Positions 12,779 to 26,298 of a DNA stretch of 64,000 bases are shown in pieces; within the stretch, counting starts at the first letter, position 1; every line of letters begins with the position of its first letter. Both the position numbers and the translations under genes were made by a program. Source of the DNA: Trichosphaerium sp. ATCC 40318. Taxonomy: Eukaryota > Protista > Tubulinea. The notes beneath the pieces are model-generated. The model saw only the letters and a program-made list of their open reading frames with translations, searched no databases and was not told the DNA's origin. The DNA is taken from assembly GCA_038496445.1 (NCBI GenBank), contig JALMLS010000309.1:372001-436000 (forward strand), given 5' to 3'.

Positions 12779-15397
12779 TTATGATGCCACAGTGTATGAT
12801 GCATGACCTACATCATTACTACTATCTACAAGCATCATCTTTTGTTTAAGCTTGCCTAATATCGAACGTGAGAATAAAAAGCGAAAGGTGAACTTACCAA
12901 GGTTCTTATTTTTAATGGCTAACGACTGAGGCATATCTATTAAAGGTTCTGCAGAACAACCAACATCAAGGACAATATGAGGTGCATAATGCATTATAGT
13001 AGCTGCTAGTGATGGTATATCACCACTATTCCACCAATAAGGCACAGGAATGAGTGACAAACCTGCAAAGTAAGTCAAAAGGGAACGAATTAAAAAAGAT
13101 GCAAACGTACCCAAATATTTACAAAGCTGCGCTTTTTCGACATCTCTTGCTTCGTATAGTCCTGTTGAAGACATATGATATCCGACATGCTGGTAATGAT
13201 GTTCTCCTATTATAGAAAAGTCAGAACAGGAAACTACAAGCTAACCAAACACCAAACCTTGATACTCAAAAGCAATACTAAAATCAGATACGTAAACATC
13301 GATTGAAATAGCATCAGCGCCAACAGTAATTGCATTGAAAAAAACTTCTTCTTGTACTTTAGAACGAGGAAATATCGCTTGTACAGCTTCCGCTAGTACA
13401 CTGTAGAACAAATGAATACAACAAAACCAAAAGACTTCAAAGTAACATACCGTTGGATTGATCTCTTTGTTTGAAGTGGAAATCTCTTCCACGACCAATT
13501 AATACCAGGATACAACTTGTTAAGAACCATTGGATAATAATTAACTAGTCCTTGAGCTTTTTCTACTACTTGAGGTAAAGATACTCTGTACCTACAAACA
13601 TAAAGTTAGTACCAAAAACACAATAGCTCATGTGAAAACTCGAACTTTTGTTTTTCTTTTACAGTGCTGACAAAAGTTTTGGAACTGATAAACTTTACTA
13701 CAAAACATATAGGTTACTTACCAATCATACGGTGATTTAATATTAAATTTCGATTCTATGATTTGTAGGTACTTTGTAACGTTTTCTGTTTGACTCCAAA
13801 ATTTTTGTGGAACTTTCCTATTTTTTTCGTTAGAGCTTCATATCAGAATACTTTGAGAATAAAAAACATATTCTACAGTTAGTAACATACCCAAAATTTA
13901 GTGTCTCCCAGTTATACTCGGGGTAAACCTCTTGAAGTGTCATTGGCAAGCTTTCATTGAATCTAAATAAAGTAAGAAAAAAGTAAGAAAAATTTAGAAA
14001 GATCTCGTAATCTCATACTGATACAATATACTCCTACCTCCTTCCTCGGCTACCGATATTGCAGAAACACCATACCATCCTTCTAACGTCTTAACTTCAA
14101 GAGCCTGAGCAATAACATTCAACCGTTGCTTAATGTTTTGGGTGTTGTGCCAAAATCTCTGAGGCACGTTGCTAGAGAGTCCCTTAAAGAGTTGTTTGTT
14201 GATTCTGTTGGTACGTACGCAAACTTCCATGGTACCCAATCATGCTCTGGATATATTTTTACCACTGCGTTGTAAAGAGAATTTCCGTATTGATGTGCAA
14301 GGAGTGCTGATAAGCCATGACTGCTTATTTCTCTTCTTGTGAACCCATACCAATCCGAAATTGTCTTAACGTTTAGTTCTTTCGCTAAAGTATTCATACG
14401 ATGTCGTTGATATGTCAATGACTTCCATGTTCCATGAAGATTAGTCCTAAATTAAAAATAAAGATTAAAACAAAGAAGCACGTGACAATACAAAGAAGGC
14501 CCCAAAAAAAGTTTTTTTTTTACCTTAATTTTTCCATGTCCCATTCTTTGTTTGGATATAGCGCTTGTAAAGCTAAATCTAAGCCACCATACCTAGATTA
14601 AATTTATGTAAGAGATACATGGTCATTAATTTAGGTACTTGTGAAGGAAGCCAAAGGTATTATTAGTCTTATCTAGTAATGGGACTGTGCACCAATCATC
14701 AAGAACTTTAATATCCAAAGTTTCACTAATCTTTTCAACACGTGCTTTTTGATTATTCCTTTCATTCCAATATCGCCAAGGTAATTCCGCCCTAAAGCAT
14801 AGAAAAATAAGAAAATCGAAAAAAACAGTTGCTGTGAGAGAGTTCTGTGAACAAGAAGAAGGTTTTGATTTCAGGACTTTTTACATTCGACGTTTTTCCT
14901 TTTTTCCGGCTTTAAAACACGTACTTGAACAACCACGGTATGAAATCATAGTCTGTAGAGAATATGGTATTCAAAGCATCACTTACAGAGCCATTAAAGC
15001 TAGTGGTGGTCAAAAAAAAGAGAAAATTGAAAACTATAAACGTACCCTTCTAAAATATCGCCTAGGCCATTTTGTAGTAGCTCGGCTTTAGTCACAGTGT
15101 ACCAATCATCGAATATCTTGACGCCAATGCGTTCAGCAATTACATTTAACTTTTGTTTGTAGTTAACAATTGCGTTAGCGTTTTTAAACTGTTCTATATC
15201 GATTTTGGCGTCTTTTAATGGTTTTAGTTCTATTTGATGACAAAAGCATGCGAATTGAACTAAAATACAATTAAGTATACTTTTTAGCGCGTATGAGATA
15301 AAAGTATGCATTGGAGAGTCAAAACGTTAAAAAATCTTAACCACTTACCCCGCAGTTGATTTCTGCTACATAGCGAAGAAGTACGTCTAAATAGCAT
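12779..15397 (-). CDS. Tandem-repeat protein (W-x-n-DWY-x-n-GG-x-n-YP-x3-W units) with C-terminal PD-(D/E)xK/RAP-like nuclease domain; putative mitochondrial presequence
   Basis: About 5 units such as VKTISDWYGFTRREISSHGLSALLAHQYGNSLYNAVVKIYPEHDWVPWKF. C-terminal IDVYVSDFSIAFEYQGEHHY..RDVEKAQLC..SLIPVPYWW. N-terminus MLFRRTSSLCSRNQLR. Confidence 0.72.
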
Positions 15398-16435
15398 ATG
15401 CGATAAGCATGCCAGACCGCCAAAAAGTGAACCAACAGCCAAAGTCAACCAAAATCAGATGCAATTCAACATTTGATGTATTTCACTCTTTTTATTTATT
15501 CGTTTTTGTTTGGTAAGTTATGGACGTGGCAACAAGCAAGAAAAAGAAAAGGGTGTCCAACAGTTGCACGTGACGGTTTGCTCTAAACCAAGTATTATTA
15601 TGACGCATTTGTTGCTGTTGTGAGCGCTAGGTAAGTCGATAGCCAAGTGGAGGCGGCTGGTTTAGTTGAATACGTGAAACACAATAGTCTAGCATTAAGG
15701 ACCCCTAAGGTACTACAGCTGTTGCTCAATTTCACTGAAAGTTCAAACCAGGACAACGTTTTCACTGCGCTCCATTGCAGAACTGTTAGGACAAAAATAG
15801 AGCGGAAAAAATCGTATTTTTACAGTTTCGAACAGGCTTAAAAAAGGTTATTTCAAGAAAGGTACTGTGTGCAGCAATGACATGATGTATTTAGAATTCA
15901 TGCCTTCCCTACACTTCTACTACCTAAATACTGCGAACCTGAGCCTCTCTGTGTTTCAATCATCTGCGGAAAGAAGCCTGTATCCAACACACAAAGCCAC
16001 TTCTCCTTGATAAGCCAACAAGATCGTCTAAACCTGCTAGAGTTTAACGGTGAGAGTATACTAACATTAAACGCTATAACATTCTTCAAGTGGTAAGAGT
16101 TACAGTTCTTTGTACGTTGTGTTTATGTTGTTACTAGCTCTCAAAAAGCCACATTCTCAAATTATTAAGCTCGAAGTGCATCTCTTAGTTCAGATTGTCG
16201 AAGTAAGTCGCTCTGTCTTGCTTTATTGAAAGGTGCCCTTATTCGTGCTATGCTTACTAAAGAGTTAGTGCAGTACAGATGAAGTCGTGTGGTGTGGCTC
16301 TACATACACATACGTGTACAATTGGACTTGTACAGTACCATAACTTTGATTGTTAGTGCTATCATACCTTTTTTAAGCAAGAACACTTCATTTTGACTAC
16401 TTAACAGGACACATGTCCGGAGCTACATTACAGTA

Positions 16436-17907
16436 ATGTACAAGCTATGTATCTTTTCTAACGCTTCAAGAAACATGGCTTCACTGGCTGCAGCTTTTGG
16501 GACTTGTGCTGATGTCATTGCTCTTAAACTAAGAGGAGCAAACATGAATTGTACTAATGAATTTGGTGAATCTCCACACGTGTACGCAATATGCGCGTGT
16601 CGTCCATTTATTGAACGTCTATTACTTAGACTAGGTATGCAGTGTTGTATACAACAGCTTATAGGTTTTTTCAGGTGTGATTATTCAACTCCAATTGGGA
16701 ATCCTCCAGTGGAGATTTCGAACTTGAATACTCGCGTGGTAACCACATCACATGATGTCAGGGCTATAAAAAACCTTGTAGATTGTGTTGATACCATAGA
16801 TAATGTTGCTGCTACATCACTTAGAGAACTAAGATCACCTTGGTATCAAGATAATGCATTAAAAAAGAACACTGTAAACCAAGGATCTTACTTAGTATTC
16901 AATCTATTCACACAGCACCACTTGCTAAATGATATTTATTTTGATGGACACTCGAAGTGAACAATGTCAGTACTAGTTTATACTTCTATTGGCATGTAGT
17001 TTGTTTCATCGTTATCACTGGTTTCACTACTGCTACTGCTATGTTTTGATGGTTTGCGGGCACTTGAAGAATCGGCACTTTTAATTAGTTTTGGATCTGA
17101 AGCAGAAGAGGGTTGAACAAACTCCGTTTAGTCAATGTCAAAAGAGGTTAAACTTATCAACAAAATATGCTTGTAAGCATTGGGCTTTATTTGAAATGAT
17201 GACAACATCACGTGTAAGAGCTACAGGCGTAACTGCACGACAGATAAAAATTAAACTTTGCTCTCTGTCTTACTTTGTATAGGAAGCTGGTTTGTATGAT
17301 ACTCGCACTTGCATCAATGTACAGCTCAGTAGTGAAGATATTACAGAACATGAGTGCGAGGTTGTTGGGCACGTGACACGTCCAAAGCAAGTACTCAAAT
17401 ACAGCTTTGATTGTAAAACTGAAAGCGAACGTGATGTTGTAGCACATGTTATACATCCAAAGCAAGAACTCATAAACAAATCGTTGAGGGTAAAAGAACA
17501 TGCAGTACAAAGTGGATATGACACATACGAAGATATGAGACAAAGTGAAAGCTTGAAGATGATGAAACAATTCGAAAGAAGGCTTAAAAATACGCCTTTG
17601 TGTAGAAAACGAAAGCGGTCTGAAAAGAGTACGGCATCTGGGTAAGTGTCAATTTACATTTACAACACTAACAATGTATCAAGGTCATCCAAAGCGAAAT
17701 CGCATTTTGATACCCGAAGATACTACCAACATAGATATTTATGATGAGTTATTGTGTGCCCTGACATGTCCACTCTCTACACCAGTAGCCTCCGAACGCA
17801 ATTACCCTCTTATTGGAAATGATGTACATGAACTCAACTTGAATGAATATCCTGGTTCATTAGTTGATGAACTGGACAGCATGTATAACAACCCAGCTTG
17901 GCTATAG
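16436..17907 (+). CDS. Hypothetical multi-exon protein with an ankyrin-like segment (5' end unresolved, probably extends upstream to about 15.5 kb)
   Basis: ASLAAAFG..LKLRGANMNCTNEFGESPHVYAI ankyrin-like motif; basic NLS-like CRKRKR; GT-AG-bounded exons. Confidence 0.45.
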
Positions 17908-18332
17908 CTATGGACGGCGAGTAATAGTTGTGTTTCTTGCCTGTGTAAAAGAATCCTAAAAGATCAAATAAAGCCTCATTGCTAGTGGCTGAAGCTCGAC
18001 AGTATTGAAACACCGACAAGAGGCTAGAACTATCCAAGTATCTTGACACTATTTTTTTATTAACAAGTTCCCACAGAAGCTCTAAAAAAAAAAGGTGTTA
18101 TGGTGCTACAACGAAGTTTGTAGCACTGTAACTAGCGATAGTTTTAAGGCGAAAGTGCATGGGTCGATAAGCAATTTATGTTTATTTTAAAACTGCATTT
18201 GGGAACAAGTTACAATATTGGATACTAGACACTATTATTTTTTGACTTGATTGCATCCACCACGTTTTCTGCTTTTTTCTTCACACGTGACATTTCTTTT
18301 TTCTTTTTTTTCTCGTCAACACAAGTCAAGTT

Positions 18333-20220
18333 TTATCGGCTTCGTGATCGGCCACGTCGTCTACGTGGAGGTGTTCTTGATCTTCTCCTTCTTCTAGGCG
18401 GTGTCCTGGACCTTGATCGACGATACCTACGGCGTGGAGGTGTCCTTGATCTCGACCTTGATCTTCGTCTACAAAAACATTAAAAACATTTCATAATGCC
18501 TTGTTGAAGCATACCTGTATGGTCTATCATCTCTTCGTCTCCTTTTAGACCTAATTGGACTACGCCCGCTTCTTTTCTTTTTTGTAGTTGCTTTTTCATC
18601 GTCGTTTCTTCATAGAGGTTAGTTCTAAGCCAATTTTTACAAAAAAAACGCACTCTGTGTCTCCAGCTCCATTCTTTTTACCAAAACCTAATCTATCATT
18701 CAACCGTGCCAATACACCACCTACTTTTCGTGATTGCTCCCTTTTATCTCTATCTGTAGGGCTATATTGCAACGAGTAAGTAATAACACAAAAACAACAG
18801 CAGATACAACTGTGTTATCAAACAAGTGCTTTTACATCCACTGCGTAGTAGAAATCGGATATAAAAAAACAAGTAGATGTGTGATACTTACGCATTTGGT
18901 CTTGTGATTGGATTTTTACTCGGACCGATCCTTAATGGTTTACCAACAAGCATAGTGCCAGAAAGAGCATAAGACTTTTGCGCTCCCTCTAAAGTTTTAA
19001 ATTCAATAAAGGCATATCTACCGAAGAAACGGTGGTTAGTACGTGATGGTGTACACGTTTGGTCATAATGAGTTTAGAAGGCCAAACGAGTTATTGGTTT
19101 TTTAGTGGGTTGTTCAGGTTAGGGGGTCGACTTAAACTGTTGACTAAGCGAGTTGAGGAAGTTGTAGAGGTAGCTACGCGAATACATTGTTTTAAAAAAT
19201 GCAAAGCGTGTATCTCTTAATTACATGACTCCTAGGGTAGTAACACCCAAGGAGCCAACAGAAATCAAAAAGTAAAAGATAAATACCTCGTTTGATGTGT
19301 ATCTTTGCCTTCCATCCTCAGATAGTTTATTTCACCGCATACTTTGAAAAATCTTATGAGTTGCTTATCAGTAATCTATATAATCCCATGAGAAGGCTAT
19401 AAATACATAAAAATAGTGATAAGACGCATCAATAACGCAATCTACAAAAAACTTTCGCTATTCTGAACGCGAAGAAGAATTTTTTTGACACTTTTGTTTG
19501 AAGCCTCACCTGTCCTGGGATATTACCAACATATACTGTTCTAGATACAACCTCCTTATGCGTTCTCAAATCCATTGCTTTCTAACGAAAATACAAGCGG
19601 TGTAAAGAATAAAACTATTTTTGAAAAAAAAACCAAAATTCTCGGGTTTACCTGTGCTCCTGGAAGTACCATTTCATCTGGCGCTTTAAGCTCTTGTGGC
19701 GTAGCGTTAACCTATTAATTGTTTTAATGGACTTTATTTCTATTTTGTTCAAATATTTTAATAGAGCTCTTAGGTGGTTTGTACCCCTTGTATCATAGCG
19801 TCTGGTAACTCTACCATTGTTTTTTGCGCTGATTTTACTTCTATTTTGCGCCCTAGCAATTCAGTACCTACATAGTGATTAATAGATATAAACAGCGTTA
19901 TCTAGTCACCTGAAAGAATTTTTGCTGTTACTAAGGCAGATTCTTCTCCAAACTCAATAAAAGCGTGGCGCATCTCTCCATCTGTTGGTCCTTTGCTAAA
20001 ACAAACGTAAGAAATCGTAATATAACGTATACCCTTACTTTAAAATTTTAACAAGCGTAACAACACCACAACAGCCAAAGAATCCTCGCAGGTTTTGTTC
20101 CGTTAATCCTCTGGCCAGGTTATCAACCCAAATAGTCCTAGCTCTGTTGAAATCTCTCTGCGTTGCCGCAGCGGCACCTTGTTGTAATTGCTGTGCTAAT
20201 TGCGTTGGTAAATTGATCAT
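18333..20220 (-). CDS. SR-type splicing factor with two RRMs and an RS domain (SRSF11/SREK1-like)
   Basis: RTIWVDNL..HAFIEF and RTVYVGNI..RYAFIEF RRMs; C-terminal RSRSRTPPRRR repeats. Confidence 0.85.
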
Positions 20221-20349
20221 TGCATCGAAGGAAATGAATATTCTGAACTGAACGAAAGTTGTTTTTTTGAATGTCATTGACTCGTTTTGTTGAACTTTCC
20301 CTTTGTTTCATAGGCTACAAAATGAAGAATAACTGACAATGGACAAGGT

Positions 20350-21231
20350 TTATAAGCGTGTAGGCTGGATTTTAAAAATAATAACATAGCATACAAAAGG
20401 CAAATACAACACGTGACATACGTATAGTATCCACTTAGAAATAACAACTCCTAATCCTAGTTTCCATGTTGATGGCGCATACTCCAAGCACTCTCTACTC
20501 TCTGCAACAAGTATAGTGCCAGTAATTACAGAAACTAGTATCATAAAGCAATATGAAAAAACAATCCAATTTAACCAACCAGCATACTTGTTACCTATGT
20601 AACACCATAAACAAACCAGGCAACATGTTAAGTTGAACGCAATGCATAAAACGCCGTCGCTTAACGTCCACACGCCAAGACCCAAAACTAAAGAAGTCAT
20701 TAGCAGGAGAAGTGCTAAAGGTTTTGTCGTACAAGCGGTTTCCTTGCATTTGTCATTCCCATAGAACACTGCCAAGAATATTTGAAGAATTGAGAATAAG
20801 TAAATAAACGCGGAGCATGCAAACCAAAAAGATAAAAAAGATTTGATATTATTAATTCGATTGCGTCTTATCGTCTTTTCGTAAAAATCTTCTACAGAAG
20901 AAAAGCTGCTCTCACTGCCAAACTGCTTATGCATGCGAATGTACCTTTCTGCCACTGTCATACCATATCTATCAATAAAAATATTGGTGCTCTCTAACGC
21001 ATAAAGCCAGTTCTTTGATACAAAGCGCAATATCAAAGCTTCTTGAAGGGAAAGATATCCACAAATATGACAAATAATCTCAAGTGGTAAAACAGCAAAG
21101 AGAGTACTACCATTATGACCACCTACGATAAAACTACTTAAAACCACTGCTACATAACATGACATACTAGCAAAAGAAGTTCGCCCCTGTATTATTGTCT
21201 CTGTTACCACATCTTCTTGTTTGTTGCTCAT
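20350..21231 (-). CDS. F-box + four-transmembrane protein, paralog B (introns 21123..21167 and 20688..20732, both 45 nt)
   Basis: FAVLPLEIICHICGYLSLQEALILRFVSKNW; long near-identical stretches with 8710..9537. Confidence 0.85.
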   Translation of the reverse strand: MSNKQEDVVTETIIQGRTSFASMSCYVAVVLSSFIVGGHNGSTLFAVLPLEIICHICGYLSLQEALILRFVSKNWLYALESTNIFIDRYGMTVAERYIRMHKQFGSESSFSSVEDFYEKTIRRNRINNIKSFLSFWFACSAFIYLFSILQIFLAVFYGNDKCKETACTTKPLALLLLMTSLVLGLGVWTLSDGVLCIAFNLTCCLVCLWCYIGNKYAGWLNWIVFSYCFMILVSVITGTILVAESRECLEYAPSTWKLGLGVVISKWILYVCHVLYLPFVCYVIIFKIQPTRL

Positions 21232-21460
21232 TTGTGGAGTTATAGCTGCCTGTTTGAGCAATCAATTAGAACGTGATTCGAAACGATTCCATAGGTAATA
21301 AAACTGCCTCTATTTTCTCCAGTGACATACCACGCAGGTATTAAATCTCGGGAAAAATAGTTTGTGTTTGGCTGCCAAAAAACGTGACGTTCACGTTCTC
21401 AAAAGTGGCTTAACGTTGATAAGTTGCATTCCGTGCCAGTGTGGGTTTGCAAACAGCTGA

Positions 21461-22902
21461 ATGGCCATTGTACGTTGTCTCAGTCGAGATAAAGCTAATA
21501 CTTCTTCAGCGCTTAGTTTATCATGGTTTGAGAACATATCGATGTACTTCACATATAAACGTCAAAAAACCAATCAAATCAACTTTTTCTTGCGTACCAC
21601 GGCGTAACAGCACTAAAAATAGCGTTTTAAATCAAAACACACTACTATCTTCATATCTGTCATTGACAACACGCCAGTATACTTTAAACGCGCAGAATAC
21701 GCCAACAAACGATAAAAGCGATGTTGTTATACCTAAACTCAGTCATGCACTACAAGTACCACGCCTGGGATGCGATGAGCGACTTGGAACTATTTACTAT
21801 AATGAAGAGTACCTTGACCATGGAGAACAGTCAAGTGAAAGAGGTATCACCCTTGCAAGAGTAACAAACTCAGAAGGAAGAGAATTTGAAATTCTATCCA
21901 AAGGTGTTGGCTATGTTAAACGACTAGTTCCTGATGGTTCTTCGGTGAGTGTTGGACAAGATGTTATTCACCTCATGGATAAACATGAACACGTTGAGTA
22001 CCAGCAAAAAGACAAGATGTCACGTGATATTCCAAAAGCAACAAAAGATGAAATAGAAAAGTGGTTTGAAGAACAAATGAAGAAACGAGAAGATGGGCTC
22101 AATGAACCACCCCAGGAATACTGGAAATGTGAAGAGATTCCTAATCCAGTCTCAGTAAGTCTTATTACCTTAGTGTACACAAAGAAATTAACTCTGTTCT
22201 TTAGGATTACTATAGGAATGGAAGACGTCAAAAACCTTCTCGGGTTTCAAACCCAAATGATATTCTATCTCAAAGTACTTGCAATGAGATTGATGACATC
22301 ATCAACAAAATGGGAGATATCAAACTAACTAACGGGTGTTACCCTCATATGTCAGTTGTTGTGATCAATGCTATGTACTACGAAAATGGAGAAGATAAAG
22401 AGAAAGTGAGCACAAAGAAACGCACATGTTAACATGCAGCTAACTGTTTCCCCAGCTTGCCCATCGCTTTATATCTAATTTACAGGTATTGTGGAAATTG
22501 GGGTATGTATTTGAAACATATACATTCTCCCTCACATTCAATAGGCTCAAAAGTTACAACTCCAACATTATGTTGTTCATAACAAAGGATGGTGGGAAAG
22601 CGTACCTATCTACTGGCAAATACATTCAGCAAAAGCTATCCAGTAAACACCATAGAGAGATAATCGACAGGTTAAAATCTCACATACGAAATGGTAGGTA
22701 TAGTCACTTCAACTTCGCTATGCAAAGAGCTAAAACAGTTCACTGCCGTTTAATTTACAATTGTTTAGGAGACTACAATAGAGCCCTTCTCAAAAGTACA
22801 AAAGAAATTGATGCTCTCCTTCGTGCTGAAACAAAGCAAACACAGTTCACAAAATCCTTCTGTTTGGCACTCTACGGGCTTATAAAGTACTTGATTCTGT
22901 AA
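21461..22902 (+). CDS. Putative mitochondrial protein: lipoyl/biotinyl-like domain + TPM (TLP18.3/Psb32/MOLO-1) domain
   Basis: Spliced start MAI|RLVYHGLRTYRCTS is presequence-like. VPRLG..GTI..GYVKRLVPDGSSVSVGQDV is lipoyl-like. IPNP..RVSNPNDILS..SVVVINAM..WKLG..IMLFITKDG..LSTG..NGDYNRAL is TPM-like. Confidence 0.65.
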
Positions 22903-23960
22903 GAAATATTGCTATCGTCTAAACATTGGAAAACACCCAACTCGGCAGTGTTGCCTAGGGTAAAGGTGCCTCTATTACAATTTGAGAATAGCTCTCTATA
23001 ACTTATTGGGTTCCCTCGTGTTATTGTAGACAACGAGACCTCCTGCAATAAGATAAAACCAAAATAGAACCAAAAGAAGAGCGTTCATGACAGCGTTTGG
23101 TAGATAGATATTTTTTCTGACGTGCAGTAAATCTATCTAGATAGACGGTGTTCAGAACATATATGGTTTGCTTTTTATTCGATCATTTGTTCGTTATTTT
23201 TAATCCCCGGTAAATAGATTGTGCTGCTAACATTTGCATAAAAAGCCGTCTACGTATTTGTCACCCTTAAAGAGTAGTATGGCGAAGTTCGCTAGCTAAA
23301 AACGTTCACAACTCACAGCAACTTTGTAAAAAAACATATTGCTTTTTTATCTGTACGAAACACGTGGTTATTAATAATAGGGCGTGAAAACGATATAAAA
23401 ATCGATTTGTACACGAACTGATCATTTTTCAATAGTATCACCTATTTAATGTTTACTTTACAGGCAATTGCGGGTACATAAAATGTTTTATTAATAGTCC
23501 AAAAGGAGTAATAAAAAAGATTGTTGTAAGTGTATGTGATTAAAACTACAGAGATAGTACAGCTGAGTTACTAAAGTACGATTATGCTTTTTTTTGACTC
23601 ACACGTGAGAGATAAATTCAGTTGAGATATTTTAATTTTTTCCATCTTTGTAGGGAGTATGTTTATCCACTATATGCATTTCTTTGTAAAACGTTTAATA
23701 AATGATTGATTTGAAATTACACCACAAATGGGTAGAATGTTTACACCTGAAGGCGTATTGTATGGATACAATTAAGTGAATGAGTGTCCACAACTATGTA
23801 GTCCACATTATCATTGTGCTGCACAATACGTATTCGTATCGCTCGAATAAAACTCTAACAAATACACCGAGGAAGCTTTACCACAGAATGTTGTGTTCCA
23901 CAACGCAAAAATTTGAGAACCAAAACTTGGAAATAGTTAAGACAATAACTGACAACCACG

Positions 23961-25321
23961 ATGACGAAGGCAACAGCTCTCTTACTTATTTCAGCTTGTA
24001 TTTTCTTTCACGTACAATCAAAAGGTGTTTATGTTGGGTACAAGGGTATTTTCCCCAATGGCGATGTCTACGATGCTATTGCGAAGGCAAATCTTGAAAA
24101 AGGTAAACAACCGCTTTAGCAAAGTCTGATTTACTTTGTTTTTGTTTTGCAGTTCTTTTCGCTTATATTACGAGCTGCGTACAAAAGTGTCTTTCCAGAA
24201 AGCCATAAATACTAAAGCGCACGTGTTAGGAGAATTAGAAGAAATCTCTATTGGCAACGAATTTACAAGCGAGTTCTCTTCGTATAGAACTCTTGCTGGC
24301 AATACTGCCTCAGGAGGTAACTATCTATACTATACATCTATGCAGCGTGTTATTACACAAATCGATGTTGAAAGTGGAAAATCGCATACAATCCATACAC
24401 AGCCCATTGAAGATCTAAAGTTGTAAGTTGTTTACTCACATATGACTCCATCTAAACTAAGGTTAGTATACTCCCGGTTAATACAGGCGATTTTGGTGAT
24501 TATTTCCTCATTGGCTCAAGCTTCAAAGGAGAGCTTGAACTTATTGCAGTATCTGCTACAAGGAAAGAGCCGGACGTAATTTGTAAGTACTCCTTTTTGC
24601 AAAGTTGAAAAAATCAATGCCTTTTGCTTGTTGATAAATTATCTAATCACGTGATTTTAGTTAGCACAGACTTTTTCAATACCTCAGCACTACAAGCGTT
24701 TACTGTTGCAGCTGATGAAGCTACCAATATGTTTTATTTCTTATTACAAAGCGGGAAGCTAATGACAGTCAAGTATATTGATCCTGATCACTTAGAGGTT
24801 GAGTCAATTCAAGATTTATCTAAAGCCTGTACAACTGATGAAGACTTATTTGCTAATCCTACAAATATATTCTTTAATCATAAAACGGGTAAAATTGTGT
24901 TTTTATTGCACGTGTTACCAAGTACGTTGTGGTTTTTACTTTTTTTTTTTCAATCAAGAAACCACAATTGTGGTGCCCTTGAAGAAGGGCGTGTTCTGAC
25001 CCTATTCCTTTTCTTTGATTTAGTTCTATTACTGTTCTACGACTGACTTTGGTTACAGAAAACAACTCTATCGAGAATGCCTATACTACAGCTGGACAAG
25101 CTTCACCAAGTGATGTAATGAAAACTTGCAAACGCTCGGATGGAAAATACAATACTAGTGCTATTCAATACTCTTACGACCACAGCACTAATACTATTTA
25201 TGGAACAGAATTTGCTTTCGCTGCTGGTTCACATAAAATAGTTTCTTTTAATGTTGATACTGGTAAACAAGCAAGTTACAACTTCCCTGACAAGGAAGTA
25301 CAACATGTGTGGGTTCTCTAA
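23961..25321 (+). CDS. Secreted beta-rich (possibly propeller) hypothetical protein
   Basis: Signal peptide MTKATALLLISACIFFHVQS; exons match ORFs at 24136, 24624 and 25049; ends KIVSFNVDTGKQ..VWVL*. Confidence 0.6.
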
Positions 25322-25914
25322 AATATACATCCTCAATAAATGTTTCAGAGCAACTGTGAGTACATTCCTTTTTAGGTATGACTATTACCAACCACGTTTA
25401 TGTTGACATGATACACGAATACTAAAATTCGCAACAGAAGAACTAATTAGTCCGGTATTATTTGTTGTTAACTTTATGTTGCCTACATTAAGAGCAAAGC
25501 TCATCAAAACGGAACTGCTTTGTTTGCGCTCATGCGCTTGAAGAAGAATTACAGATCATATTCTAACGTACCAGGTAGAATTATAATATGCCGTTACTTT
25601 ATCTTGACTAAAAACTCTGTACTTTATTTGCTAGTCAAACAATAGTTGTAGTTTTCGTGGAATTTTCTGAAGATCTACTTAATTTTGTTTCCAAAACCCT
25701 CGTATCTATGGAAATGATGGTGGTACTTGTGCCATGTGATAGTGCTCACAATGTAAAATATAAATGTAACATTGGGTTGGTCACGTGGGTCTTTTAGCAA
25801 GATCTATCAGCTGAGACTAACTCGAAAACCAAAAGTCACAAACAACACAATTATGTTATTCTACAGGGTTTATGTACCATTAGAAATTGGCTATTTAATA
25901 CTAATACTAGTATA

Positions 25915-26298
25915 TTAGGCAACAGTCTTTACAAACCCCAAGCCTCTTGACGTGTTTGTTAATGTGAATCCTCTGCTAACAAAAAACTTTCCAACAAAAA
26001 CAATAAGTGATGGTGTTACTTCATACACATTTAAAAGACGTATGACTGCATGAAATCCACTGATACTATACAGTCCCTGTTGTGGTAAATGTTTAAGTTT
26101 GAGCTCCTTCTTTACTTTAAACCCTGCTGGAGGTGAAAAACCTCGTAAACATTCCATCAAATTATCCAAGTATGGTTTTGCTTCCTCTGTTAGGTATATA
26201 TGGTCACTACGAAAGCTGTACAAGGGATTAGTAAATAAAACACCAAAAATAAGATTCCTAGCTTACTTGACAATAATAAACTTTACCTGAGATTCCAT
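25915..26298 (-). CDS. Small hypothetical protein (2 exons, about 110 aa)
   Basis: MESQVKFIIV followed by a GTAAGC..TACTAA..CAG intron that joins in frame to ORF 25915..26223. Confidence 0.55.

Noticed and set aside
19018-19286. Possible poison exon in the longer intron of the SR gene
   Set aside because: An alternative AG exists, but no supported exon can be defined without transcripts
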